Of a stretch of DNA of 64,000 bases, positions 25,297 to 37,958 are shown one piece after another. The translations under genes were made by a program, and so were the position numbers. This DNA comes from Tubulanus polymorphus (Eukaryota > Animalia > Nemertea), in the NCBI RefSeq assembly GCF_964204645.1, contig NC_134030.1, forward strand, positions 15,810,110 to 15,874,109, given 5' to 3'. Within the stretch, counting starts at the first letter, position 1. Each line of letters begins with the position of its first letter. The notes beneath the pieces are model-generated. The model was given only the letters and a program-made list of their open reading frames with translations. It was not told the origin of the DNA and did no database searches.

Positions 25297-26926
25297 CGGT
25301 TCCTGAACTTCGCTGAAACACTGAAACGCTGAAACGCTGAAAATAAAACGCTGAAATTTCAGGGAATTCCCGAAAAACACTGAAAATTCTGGGAATTCCC
25401 GAAAAACGCTGAATCATGCTAGGAACCGACAATAGGCCTACACGTTTTGAATTTTTTTCCGGGCCGGGACCGCTGCCGAGTCCTGAACATTTGTCTCTAC
25501 CTAATTTTTGGTTGTAGAGACATGCATAAACAGTATGTGTGGAGCATGAAAACCTATCAAAACTTTATCACAACCGTACAAGCCAACGTTATTTTCGGTG
25601 TCATTGAAATTCGTTAATAAAGGTTCAACTGTCATTGTACTTAGCATAGCTTCGATTGGGTTTCATATTTCTACATTTTCTACAAGGAGGAGCATTAAAG
25701 GGTCGTCCCCGGGTAGAGGTCAAAACTTGGTTTACTTTCTCAACTTGCTGAGACTACCATCTGCATTCATGCCTCGATTTGTCAGGCCTATAAGAGTCGA
25801 ACAACATTTTCCCATACACAGACTTGGCTTTAGTGTAGATGAAGGCTAGGCACTGCACATTGTGGATAAAGTGGAACTCCAAACTCTCAAAATTAAACGT
25901 CAACAAGAAAGATCCAATAATTGAACGTTTATCTTAACTATATTAATTAACAGCTTGAAATATGCATTATACATTCCGCAAGAGTACACAAAAGAAATCA
26001 GTTAGGTAACTACATTTTATCCGAATCAAGCGTTAAAGCCACAGATTCGCTTAGCTTGGGCTTGAATTCTGGTTCCATTGCTTCGTATTCTATTGAAATC
26101 CCCTTGGTTACCTCGGAAAATCGCTTAGCTTTTAAAGACTACGAATTTGGTCCCAGGAAAACAAGTAAAGTGGGGTCTACTGTACATCAGCTGTTGACTT
26201 ATTTTTCTCTGGTTGAATCAAGTTATTACTGAAATAGCGTTCGTTTTATTTTATGTTTTAAAATTGTGTCGTTTAGCTATCCTGCTACAAATTTCACAGT
26301 TGAAGTTCACTGGTGGCATCTGATTGCGCGAAATATAATCACTGCTATAAAAAGTTTTTTCGCGGTATCTGTATGTCCATCTAAGCAACTTGGTCTATGA
26401 TTCCTCCAGATAGTCTAAAAATAAGAATTGATACATTTTTCTAACAGATGGTTTGTCATTTCTATAAAAAAAACCTAATGATTTTCTCACCACAGCAAAT
26501 AAATTATTCGCAATTGTTAAATCCCTTCCATGCGCACGATGAATTAAAAAGAAATTAAGTAAGATCCCTTTTGTCAAAAAGCCGCATCATCATTATAGCT
26601 AGCTATCAAATTTAACTTACCTCCGGTCTCCTACAGAGAATATCACAGTCGTCCATAATCATGCGTGACATGTTGACAAAAGAGAAGTGGCAATCATAAT
26701 CATATTTTATATACATTTGAAATGTTTAAATAAGATTTTTTTCGTGTCTTGTAGAAGTCAACCACATTCTTGGAATATTCAGCATAGTGTTTAAAAGTGG
26801 CTTGTACGGTTGTGAATGGGTTTTCATAGGTTTTCATACTCCTCACATACTGTTTTATGCATATAAATGAAGAAATCCCACACTTCGAATTCTAAAATTA
26901 TACGATCAAATTTATTATAATGAAAG

Positions 26927-26966
26927 CACAACGTTTCGGCTGTTGACTAACAGCCATCATCAGGTG
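26927..26966 (-). ncRNA. Minimal type I hammerhead ribozyme of the Penelope element
   Basis: Minus strand reads CAC-CUGAUGA-U-GGCUGUU-AGUC-AACAGCC-GAAAC-GUU-GUG: both catalytic boxes, a 7-bp stem II, short palindromic stem III (ACGU) and CAC/GUG stem I. Confidence 0.75.
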
Positions 26967-27182
26967 GAATGACCAGAAAAACAAGTAACAAAGCATATAA
27001 ACTCACAGGATCTAAAATAGAAGCAGTGTGTCAAAACAAAAGATAAACAGACCAAGCAATAAAACATCAAGGGGTACCGTAGAAACCACAGCAATTCTAA
27101 ACAGTTCAGAGTAAAAACAAATTGTGTAACTAAGTGAAGTGGATTGAAGAGGGTGGCGATAACAGAGTGACACATAGTGACA

Positions 27183-27458
27183 TTAACCCAAATCTAATAA
27201 AGAATTGATGTGTCTGGATAATAATTGGTTATGTGGAGAAAAACCAGTATTTAAATTAGTAGATAAATTGGATTTCGAAAGTTTACATATTAGGGCTGAT
27301 TCCACTATGTGTCTCTTATGAATATCTTTACAAGGATAAATAAGTTTCGAATTCTGAAAGTCAAATTGGTGATTGGTTGTAAAGACATGATTTGCTATTC
27401 CACTCTCAGGCTTTTGGTTTCGGATATCTATTTTGTGTTCTCTAATACGCTGACTGCA
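27183..27458 (-). pseudogene. C-terminal part of Penelope GIY-YIG endonuclease
   Basis: RIREHK....SGIANHV....HQFDF......KRHIVESALI......LNTG fits the PLE endonuclease pattern. The track's start Met lies in host/TSD sequence. Confidence 0.85.
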
Positions 27459-28052
27459 TGTTTTATGCATGTCTCTATAACTAAATTAGGTAGAGACTAA
27501 AGCACGGTTCAGGACTCGGCAGCGGCCCCGCTCCGGAAAAAAGTTAAAAACGTGTATTGTCGGTTCCTAGCACTATTTCAGCGTTTTTCGGGAATTCCCA
27601 GAAATTTCAGTGTTTTTCGGGAATTCCCTGAAATTTCAGCGTTCTTTTTTCAGCGTTTCAGTAATTCAGCTTTTTCAGCGAAGTTCAGGAACCGAAAACA
27701 ACGTGGGAGTTTGGGAATGTTGATTACATATTGAGAGCCTCATTATGAGTTTTCCGGTTTGCTCGGCTACCCGTACTGGCGGGGTAGTCTAGAGAGACCA
27801 ATGAAAACTCCGGTTTGCTGAACTACCCCTCTTTGCGGGGATGCGGTATGATGTTTGATGTATGCACAGTTTCAAGTGGTTAATGGCTGTTTCAAGTGCT
27901 TACAACGATGCTTATACTTCATGTGGTACATGGTGGTTTAAAAAAAGGTTTCATAATAATACGCTCACCGCTTGGGCTTCGTTGGAAGACTGCCTGTGGC
28001 CTTCCCAAATTTTAATTGTCCTGTCCGATTTGGTTTCGTTCAATTGAGAGAC

Positions 28053-31000
28053 CATTATGAGAATGCCGGGTTTGCTAGCTTATCTATTAAACACCCGTAT
28101 TGCTCGGGTTAGCTTTACTATCAACGGGTGGCGCTATATGTAAATTTCACATAAATCAACGACTTTCGGCTATTAGCGGTACTTAAGACCATTTGCAAAC
28201 ATCATAGTCAATTACGGTAGTAGTGAACATAAAAAGATACAGTACAAAGATACAGTACGGTGTACAGTTATGGACATAATTCCATAGGACCCATACCAGA
28301 GACATTTTGTTCAAAAAAGGACTACTAGTTAAACACTAACCTTCATTTTCAGCAATTAACGATCTGGTGAATTAATTAGTGATTCGGTCTTTCGGTGGTT
28401 CGAGATAAAATGCCCGCAAAATAAGAACCTAAGGAACCAGGGCTGACCACAAATTGCCCAACAGAAAATTTTCGAAACGACACAATCCAATCATGTTTGG
28501 TATCAAATGTGGCGTGGACCATGGTCTTTTAACTGACCAATGCATGACCAGTACTGACCATATAGTAAATTATTTGTTTGCAAACAATTAAGTTGTTTGG
28601 TGTCAAATAACTAGATATGATGTGGGTAGCGAGCTAACTTTGAAATTCCGCTAAAATGCATAAGATTTTTACGTAGGGTTTTGAACGAACAACGTTTCCA
28701 TTTGTAATTGTAACGTGCGCATTTGAGCCTGTAATTTGAGCGTGCACATTTCACACGCGTGAACGTGCGTATCGGTACCAACATGCGAGACTTGTCAAAC
28801 TTTTACGATCAAGACTTTTAAACTGAACAAAGCAAATATCATATCATATTATATATACATGAATAGATGGAATGATAATGTAGTAGTTTTAAATGTTTCG
28901 TAGCTGCAGTCCACTGACCACAGATCAAAGCTAATTGCCTAATATGAAATATATTTTTGTTATAGAGATGTAGTAGATCAGTGAGAATTCAAACTTATGG
29001 TTAATTTTGAGTGATCACAACGCTAACCAATAGAGAAAGCTGTAAGGCCTAAGAAAAGATGCATTAAGTATAACATATCTTTCAATATAATGATGAAGTA
29101 TTCAAATGGCCATCACAACAATAGTTTGACTTATCTTATTGAAAAATACCGAAGTGTTAATGGGAAAACCTTGAATTCGAAACAATTCCACACTCAATCG
29201 TTTACTTTGAAAACACAATTTGCATTTTGTGGACACGTATTTTTTTTCTGCACAAAAAGCATGAAGTATATTATCTTTGCTTGTAAAAATTTGAAATTTT
29301 GGGGAAGATTTTTGGCCTCGTTAACCTGTGAACACGTCCTTCATATATTTTCTAAGACCGACCCTTGAAATGATGCTGAGAGTTTCGACGATAATTTTGG
29401 TAGGATGTAAACTTAGGCTGCTTCGTATCCGTGGAGGGTTGCTAATTATTGATTCTATACACAATAATCATAAGTACCATGAGATTCGATAGAATATCGT
29501 TTTTCAATCATAAGTACACGAATTATCGCGATATAAAGATAAATAATATGTTCATATACTTTTTACGTCTTATACTGTATATTTCTTTAGTAGTATAAAT
29601 AAAGAGTGGATCAGCAGGCCACCTGAGACCATTCCACGATCTAAGGTCAGTTGCCAAAAGTTAGTAAGTTTACCAGCGGTTAGTTAACATTTATAATGAC
29701 AATTAAATTTTCATTGCTAAAATAACTTTGTACTTGTTGACTCAAAAGCAGAGAATTGAAAATACGATAATACGATACGAAAACTCAGTGTACAAATTCA
29801 AAAAGATTATCTCTAGTGAAAGATCGAACGTTGTGTCGTAATTTTCTAATGATAAAACATGGTTTGAAATTTGAAATGTGTACATAGTTGATCTTTTTCA
29901 GTGTAATTAGTCATGTATCATATTGGATGATGGTTAATTTAAACTATCTTTTGAGAAACGGGTCCCAGAGCTGTATCCTTTACTCCTGTAATAGAGGATG
30001 CAATCTATTTGCGGCAAACAGCTAGTGCAAATAGCTAGAAAAGGTAACAATAGCGCATTGGCAAACTTAGAGCAAGCGTACATTGGTTGTTTAGGTTTTT
30101 CGAAGGGGCGAATTTGTGGGAAAATTAATCATTACTGAGATATATCCGTGGCGAGCTTTTCCAGGGATTTAAAAAGTTGAGCTGTACACAAGGAATTTTG
30201 TGTAGTCCAATATCCGTGATTACCTCTGGCGTGGAGAGATACAATCTAAAAACAACCCTAGAGTCAAATATTTTACCACAATTTTTTATGATCAATAAAA
30301 AGATTGAGTAATAGACATTCAAACAGTATTATCTAAATTCCACCCCATTTTAAACTCATTCATCTCTACACAACCTCCAACTTGTTGAACAGTCCACATT
30401 AAAATTAGGGACCACTATTCTTGCTCATCTACACTGGCTACCAATCTAACAAAGGATTAAATTTGAGTGTTTGATGTTATAACAATACCAGACTGAATTA
30501 TGGATTCGGTTTCTACTTTTTAATTGAACATTTATATCACATATTGGGCATCATTTTTACCAGTATATATGGAATAACCTATCCATATATCATGTTCAAT
30601 TTTATATAATCTGACTTTTGAGATGTCATTCAATCAATGCATTCACATGCGGTCGTCGCTTTCAATAGCCACCACGGACTGGCTCCTTATTATTTCTTTG
30701 GTGATACCATTGGCGGACGATCCCACACGTTTCTTGCTCCAGCCCTAGAATGCTCAATATTCGTCATGAACCCCGATTTGAGTTTAAATTCAAAATACTC
30801 CTAAAACACCTGTTAACTAGATTACTCTAAAACACCTTTATGTGCAAGAATCAGTGAAATTGGCGCTTTATCAGTTGTATTCATCATTCGTACCCACGAA
30901 TCTCGTATCGTATCCTAAGAATGTGGAGACCCATCCTCGTAAAGAGAATGAATAGGCTCTGTTGCGTTCATATCATTTGATATGAGGCTACGTGTCATCT

Positions 31001-33975
31001 TCATTTGAAATCACATTGTTTTTTTAAAGGGTGGGCGAGAATATATTCTAATGTTTTTGTTTCTCTGAATGTTGCTATTTAAGAGTTCAATAATTTCAGT
31101 CTACCAAACAAAGGATTTTCCGTATGTTTCGTGACATGTTTTTCCATAACCCTAGGAGACCATTTTAGGTATTTTTTGCGGATGACCGAAAGCTGCTGTC
31201 CCTTTCTAGTAATTTGATGATATCCGTCGAAATCTAAATTCTAAAAAGGAATCAGGCATATCTTCTTGTTTGACTAAATATGAACTCAACAACGAGTGAC
31301 ACTCCCTTCAAAGGCGCCGAAGTAAAATCATGTGTCGGTTGGAGATGATATTGTGTCAGAATTTCTTCAAAATCGGAGAAAATTGAATATTTTGAAAATA
31401 ATCATTTTACATGTATGTTTAAATCCGTTATAACTGGAGCAATTTTCATGAAAAAATATCTATGGAATCAGCGAAATGTAATTAAGAAGAATACTATGTT
31501 TAAAAAGTTATCAAAGACATTTGAAAAAAGTTTTCCGAATTCGTCAACTGTTAAACGAGTAACAACCAGATGTGTTCCCATTAAACCACCGACCGCGAGC
31601 CGAGTCGATGTGAGATGTGCCCTACACTGAAAATCTCAAGTGCTATAAAACCGGTTTTTTAGGTGCCGCTGAATGTCGGCCGTTAAAAAACTGAACAATT
31701 CCCATTTGGAAAGGGCCTACGTAGTTAGAGAAAATTCAAGATGTGTATATCGTGTGATACAGGCTCCATATTTCATGTGCGTTTGGAAATTAACCTTGTT
31801 TATAACGAAACACGCATGTATTTATGCTATTTTAGATTTAAAAAGAGCGCACGAAAGTGTTTCATGAGACCCGCAAATAACGTCAAGTTATTCATGCATT
31901 TTTGATTTATATGAATAAATTTCGCTTCGAAATCTTTAAATTTCTCAGGTGGATTATTCAATAAATTCACAACAGTCCATTATGGATTTAGTTTGACGCC
32001 AATCGTTCTTTTAAAGATATTTCTTTCTCGAAGAAAGATTTTCTTAAAAACTTTGATTATGGCGAATCTTTTATGTGTCCGATAGTTCAACCTTCGGGTA
32101 TTATACTAGAACACAAATTTTTAAAGATATTCATAACATACTGAAGGATATCACAGGTTATACCCGAAGATATGCAGTTGGATAGATATTTTTGTTTCGA
32201 CTCGCATGCGACAGTAAAAACGGTACTTGATATATTAAGTGAACTTCATCATTGATATTTTCACTAATCTACTTGAATTCCAAAAAAGAACTGACAATGA
32301 AAAAGGGTTACAGCTGTGACTGATATCACTCCAAATTTCAATTCCTATGAACACTTTTCGTATAAAGAAAACTATTAACGAAACAGTTTTTAGAGGCGAA
32401 GAATCCGCGTTACCATCGAATTTTCAAAACTTGAAGGAATGGTTAATGCCTCGGTGACCACTGGTCTAGTACTCGGTTTTCTGAAATGGAAGTGGCCAAG
32501 TCTAAAGAACAACTATTGTATCACATGATTTCAAATATTAGGAACCCAATGCGTTTAATGATTTAATTAATTGGTATCGCGCAGATTGGTTGAAAGACGG
32601 GTGTTAGTCACCTTGTGATTTAATTGTTTTTCATGCATCGATTAATTAATCTTATTATAACTTATTTGTAGGCGCTTCCCGCAAACATTTTCTATTCGTT
32701 GAGTTTTCAAACGCAGTACTGTTCAGATGATTCGAGTCAAGTAGTAAAAAAGTTTATGTTAAAGCTATTAGCATTACTATGCAGTGAAAATAACGCACTG
32801 CGGCAAGTGAGGTGCTGTGATCCAGATGTGTAACCCATTTATGGGTAATAAATTTCCATCATGTCAACGCCATTCAAAAACAGTAGCAACACTTTCTGCT
32901 GGTTTCTAGAAATAGCAATACGACGACAAGCACTTTCGAATTCGACCACGATATTTGAGAAGTTTCACTTGGGCAGTGGTGGTCAGTGATGGTCAATTTA
33001 TGAATTTTAATGGCGAATCCTTTCTAGTTTCACACCAAATGCGGTACCGGTATATCGTTCTTTCAAGAAGTTTCAATTGGTCAGTGGTGGTCAGTGATGG
33101 TCAATTTATGAATTTTCAATTGCGAATCCTTTCTAGTTTCACATCAAATGCGGTACCGGTATATCGTTCTTTCAAGAAGTTTCAATTGGTCAGTGGTGGT
33201 CAGTGATGGTCCATTTATGAATTTTAATGGCGAATCATTTCTAGTTTCACACCAAATGCGGTACCGGTATATCGTTCTTTCAAGAAGTTTCAATTGGTCA
33301 GTGGTGGTCAGTGATGGTCAATTTATTAATTTTCAATGGCGAATCCTTTCTAGTTTGACACCATAACGCGGTATATCGTTTTCATATTCGAGAAGTTTGA
33401 ATTGGTCATTGGTGGTCAGTGGTGGTCAGTGATGAATTTGCAATGATGATTCCTTAGTTGTTTGAAAACAAACATTACATGATAAATTTCCGAAATTCGA
33501 AGTCAAGTGTTCAGACTCGGGGATATCTCAATTGGTCAGTTACTGACCACCATGGTGTCACCATTGTGGTCTATAGCTCAAATGAAACATGTGGAACCGA
33601 CGAAGGGGCCCAAAAGTGTTAAGTCATTTCCTGGAGTGACGTGATCCAAAAATGCCCTAACTGGAAAAGGCAGTCTCTCAATTGGATGAAACCAAATCGG
33701 ACAGGACAATTTAAATTTGGGAAGGTAGTGGTCTTTCTACGAAGCCCACGCGGTGAGCGTATTATTATGAAATCTTTTTTAAACCACCATGTACCACGAA
33801 GTAATAAGCATCGTTGTAAGCACTTGAAACAGTCATTAACAACTTGAAACTGTCAGATCAAACATCATACCGCATCCCTGCAAAGAGGGGTGGTTAAGCA
33901 AACCGGAGTTTTCATTGGCCACTCTACACTACCCCGCCAGTACGGGTAGCCTAGCAAACCGGAAAACTCATAATG
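28053..33975 (-). mobile_element. CATTATGAG element copy B, inserted in inverted orientation inside copy C
   Basis: Both termini intact; interrupts CAATTGAGAGA|CTGCCTTTTC, which is contiguous in copy A at 18920-18940. Confidence 0.88.
30360..30600 (+). pseudogene. Ancient L2-type LINE ORF2 remnant carried inside the 6-kb element (mirror at ~21760-22010)
   Basis: Translation gives LHNLQLV, ILAHLHWLPI*QRIKF and IWNNL, matching the L2 C-terminal LHWLP.xxRIxFK and LWNxLP motifs. Confidence 0.6.
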
Positions 33976-34773
33976 CTGCCTTTTCAAGCAAGGGCATTTT
34001 TGGATCACATATAACTCAGAAATGACTTACGCTTTTGGGCCCCTTCGTCGGTTCCACATGTTTCATTTGAGCTATAGACCACAATGGTGACACCATGATG
34101 GTCAGAAACTGACCAATTGAGATATCCCCGAGTCTGAACACTTGACTTGAGAATTTCAGAAATTTTTGTAGTCATGTTTTATTTTCTAACTACTGAGGAA
34201 TCATTGCAAATTCATAAACTGACCATCACTGACCACCACTGACCAATTCAAACTTCTCGAATATGAAAACGATATACCGCGTTATGGTGTCAAACTAGAA
34301 AGGATTCGCCATTGAAAATTCATGAATTGACCATCACTGACCACCACTGACAAATTCATGCTTCTCGAATGTGAAAACGATCTACCAGTACCGCATTTGG
34401 TGTGAAGCTAGAAAGGATTCGCCATTAAAATTCATAAATTGACCATCACTGACCAATTTCAACTTCTCGAATGTAAGAACGATATACCGGTACCACATTT
34501 GGTGTGAAACTGGATTCGCCATTAAAATTCATAAATTGACCATCACTGACCACCACTGCCCAAGTGAAACTTCTCGAATATCGTGGTCGAATTCGAAAGT
34601 GCTTGTCGTCGTATTGCTATTTCTAGAGACCAGCAGTATGTTTTGCTACTGTTTGTGAATAAATGGCGTTGACATGATGGTTACCCATAAATAGGTTACA
34701 CATCTGGATTAAAGCACCTCACTTGCCGCAGTGCGTTATTTTCACTACATAGTAATGCTAATACATAAACTTT

Positions 34774-35927
34774 TTTGACGCCTTATAAAACGTTACCATT
34801 ATGAAACCTAAACGATGTTAACCCTTCAGCGTCATTTTACAAACGACAGCCGTAAATCGATGTGCAAAACGTCACAGGTCTATGTGTACACAAATAAGCT
34901 ATCTGGCAAAATATTATTGACATAGATGTAGAATGGCTTCCTGTGATTATATAATGACCTATATTTGAACGTCGAAATGTTATATTGCATTGAATATCAT
35001 TAGAAGACGTATTGTAATAGTAAAGGATGTATGATTATATCAGAAGCGGCAGGCATAAATAGAAATGATAAGTAAATCGGATTATTCAGTTAAATGGCGG
35101 ATGTATAGACGATTTGGAAGTCTGATATAAAAGTCAGACCCTGACGTGGGCATGCCGGTGGAATGACGAAGCTATCTACGATGTGTGTAGGTCCGGCGTG
35201 AATTTCATCAGCGGCTACAATCGGTCAATATGAAAATGTGTAAACATATAATTTCAATATTCAAACGTTTTAGAAAATATGTTTGATATTAGGAGTATGC
35301 AGGTTTCGTGAGATTAGCAATTTGTAATAGCATAGCTATCATATACGGCTCCGCGTCCTCTGATGGCATGTGTATTAGGTGACAATTCAATTCAATTCTT
35401 TATTGATCCTTATTACATTGAAATTTCGGGATAAAATTCCCAAATTCAATAAATACAAATTTTAAAATAAATTAATATAACATACATGACACACGGGTAA
35501 TTCATACAGAACAACATAAGCATGTTATTTTAAATGACAATGTCTACTTCAACCCACCCAGACTCAAGACTCTAGGATATCGAGTGACAGCCAAACCCGT
35601 GGCCCGGCCGGCTGGCTAGGCCACACGATATGCTCGAAGTCATGATGAAGCAGACATCAGAAGAGCTCGTTCTTCAACCATGGAGGCAATGAAGTTGCAG
35701 ACCAGCTTAGAGGCATAAGTAAATGAAGTCGGTCGCAAGTTCGCGATCAATTATTGAGAATTTTCAATAAAAAAATTTAAACCACTACTAAGGTCGAAGA
35801 CCCGCTGTATCATCTACCCAATTGCCAAATCTCATCATTCCCCAAATTTCTTAAAACTTCGATTTCAAATTTGCAATTCCACATTAGCTTAGCCCAGAAA
35901 TTATACATTTTTTTCGCAGGCGTCAAA
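34774..35927. mobile_element. ~1.15-kb insertion in copy C bounded by a 10-bp inverted repeat
   Basis: TTTGACGCCT (34774-34783) / AGGCGTCAAA (35918-35927). Copy C homology stops just before and resumes ~25 bp after. Confidence 0.5.
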
Positions 35928-35979
35928 TAATTTTTTAAAATTAATTTTCTTGTTTACTACTTGACTCGAAGCTTGACTG

Positions 35980-37023
35980 CAATGAACATTTTGAAATGTA
36001 TTAGTGCAGCGGACGTTAGTATAGGCTCGCAAACTTTGAGATATGGGGTGTGGACGGGGGTGATTTTAGGGCACCTATATCTATCGTCCTACAGAGCGGA
36101 TTTCAAAGAAATGTTTTATACGGCTTCTAAACATACTGCCCATCATAGGCAATGAACATTTTGAAAATGTATTAGTGCAGCGGACGTTAGTATAGGCGCG
36201 CAAACTTCAACTTAAAGGTGGTGGTCGGGGTGATTTAGGGCACATATCTATCGTCCTACAGAGCGGATTTCAAGGCAATTGTGTACACACGACTTCTAAA
36301 CATACTGCCCATCGATAGGCAATGATAATTTTGAAATGTATTAGCGCAGCGGACGTTAGTAGGCGCGCAAACTTCAAGATATTGGGTGTTGTCGGGGTGA
36401 TTTTAGGGGACCTATATCTATCGTCCTACAGAGCGGATTTCAAAGAAATGTTATTCGGCTTCTAAACATACTGCCCATCATAGGCAATGAACATTTTGAA
36501 ATGTATTAGTGCAGCGGACGTTAGTTAGGCGCTCAAACTTCAACTTATGGGGTGTGGTCGGGGGTGATTTTAGGGCACCTATATCTATCGTCCTACACAG
36601 CGGATTTCAAGGAAATTTTGTACACGACTTCTAAACATACTGCCCATCATAAGTAATGATAATTTTGAAATGTATTAGCGCAGCGGACGTTAGTATAGGC
36701 GCTCAAACTTCAACTTATGGGGTGTGGTCGGGGGTGATTTTAGGGCACCTATATCTATCGTCCTACACAGCGGATTTCAAGGAAATTGTGTACACAACTT
36801 CTAAACATACTGCCCAGTCATAAGTAATGATAATTTTGAAATGTAGTAGCGCAGCGGACGATAGTAGTATAGGCGCGCAAACTTTATGAGATTGGGTGTG
36901 GTCGGGGGTGATTTTAGGCACCCATATCTATCGTCCGTAGATTTTTCATGGAAATATCGTATACGACCTCTAAACGTACAGCCCACCATATAGTATTAGA
37001 AGCGTATTAGTTCGCGGACGTTA
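35980..37023. repeat. Satellite-like tandem array, ~170-bp unit, about 6 copies
   Basis: Unit starts at about 35980, 36150, 36320, 36485, 36654 and 36824 (AATGA..ATTTTGAAATGTATTAG.GCAGCGGACGTTAG...CTAAACATACTGCCCA). Confidence 0.93.
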
Positions 37024-37958
37024 CCGGTAGTCCAGTCATTGGATATCAATGCACGTCTATTCAAGATTTAGTCTGAATACCAGTCGTTGTTACGGTTCCG
37101 TCGTTGTTTCAAACAACGGATAGACCGTACTATGACTATTGAAGATTTAGAACATTATTCACCAACTAACATCATAATAACCCCAGGAACCTCTATATCC
37201 TAATCTCTTGGACCATAATACCCTAGGCCTATATACCCCTAACCCCCGTAGACCCTCAATATCTGCGGTTGAAAAAGCCGCCATTTTGTTCCTAGTAATT
37301 CACTGCTTATAACAAACTTTAATATAGCCGTCGTTTCATGTAACGTACTAGGTTTTTATGAAATCTAACGTCCGTTTTCAGCAACGTCCGCTAACTTTTG
37401 TCTGGTTGTATTTCCTGGTTGTTGGCGAATGATGGCTGCCGCGAATGATGCTGTTCTGTTGTTGCTGGACTATAATGATGACTGGGAATGGATAAATGGA
37501 GAGATGGATGACTAAGTGAGTGAGAACATGCCGCCTAGAAAACGTAACCAGGGTCATGGAATATCGGGTAAGAACGCGCTGTGAATGAATAAAAAAAAAC
37601 AGTTGAGTATCAATGACCAACCACACAGTATCCCCCTGTACTGTAGGCCCTATAATAAAAAAACAAGGGTGGTAAATAAAAACAGCTTTTCTGGCCCATC
37701 ACGTGGCACCACCTACTGTATTTTGATATGCTAATGAGCAGGTGATGACATCACTGTACCGTTTCCGAGCGTCCGCGGAGCAGATTTTTCAGCATTACGC
37801 GAGCGTATGCTGAGTAAACTGTCACTCATAAATGAAAACAAAAAGTTTAGTAAAAATTGTTGTTTATTTCTGAATGCAAAGTCCTCACCGAACAAATTGA
37901 TGCATAATAATGGTAGATAAACTGTTTATTAACGAAATTACGGACCAAAACGTCGCAC

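Larger units (their letters stand above)
26863..27458 (-). mobile_element. 5'-truncated Penelope-like retroelement with 12-bp TSD
   Basis: TGTTTTATGCAT at 26851-26862 and 27459-27470; encodes a GIY-YIG C-terminus and a hammerhead motif in the 3' region. Confidence 0.85.
25297..27694. mobile_element. Foldback / Mutator-like (MULE) non-autonomous element with ~290-bp TIRs and 9-bp TSD
   Basis: AAAACAACG at 25288-25296 and 27695-27703; termini CGGTTCCTGAACTTCGCTGAA / TTCAGCGAAGTTCAGGAACCG. TIRs contain repeated CGCTGAAA and GGGAATTCCC motifs; the right TIR is split by a Penelope insert. Confidence 0.85.
27741..35970 (+). mobile_element. CATTATGAG element copy C (left part only), interrupted by copy B at 28052-33975 and by a 1.15-kb insert
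   Basis: 27741-28051 matches 18623-18930; 33976-34776 continues the match to ~19620; TTTACTACTTGAC.CGAA resumes at ~35953. Confidence 0.82.

Noticed and set aside
18623-33975. Inverted arms as a single giant foldback element or an assembly artefact
   Set aside because: Each arm has its own pair of TIRs, B interrupts a third copy at a defined site, and the arms carry private insertions.
35980-37023. Regular arrays here and at 19162-19420 / 32955-33432 considered as CRISPR
   Set aside because: Whole units repeat with no unique spacers, there are no cas genes, and the context is eukaryotic.
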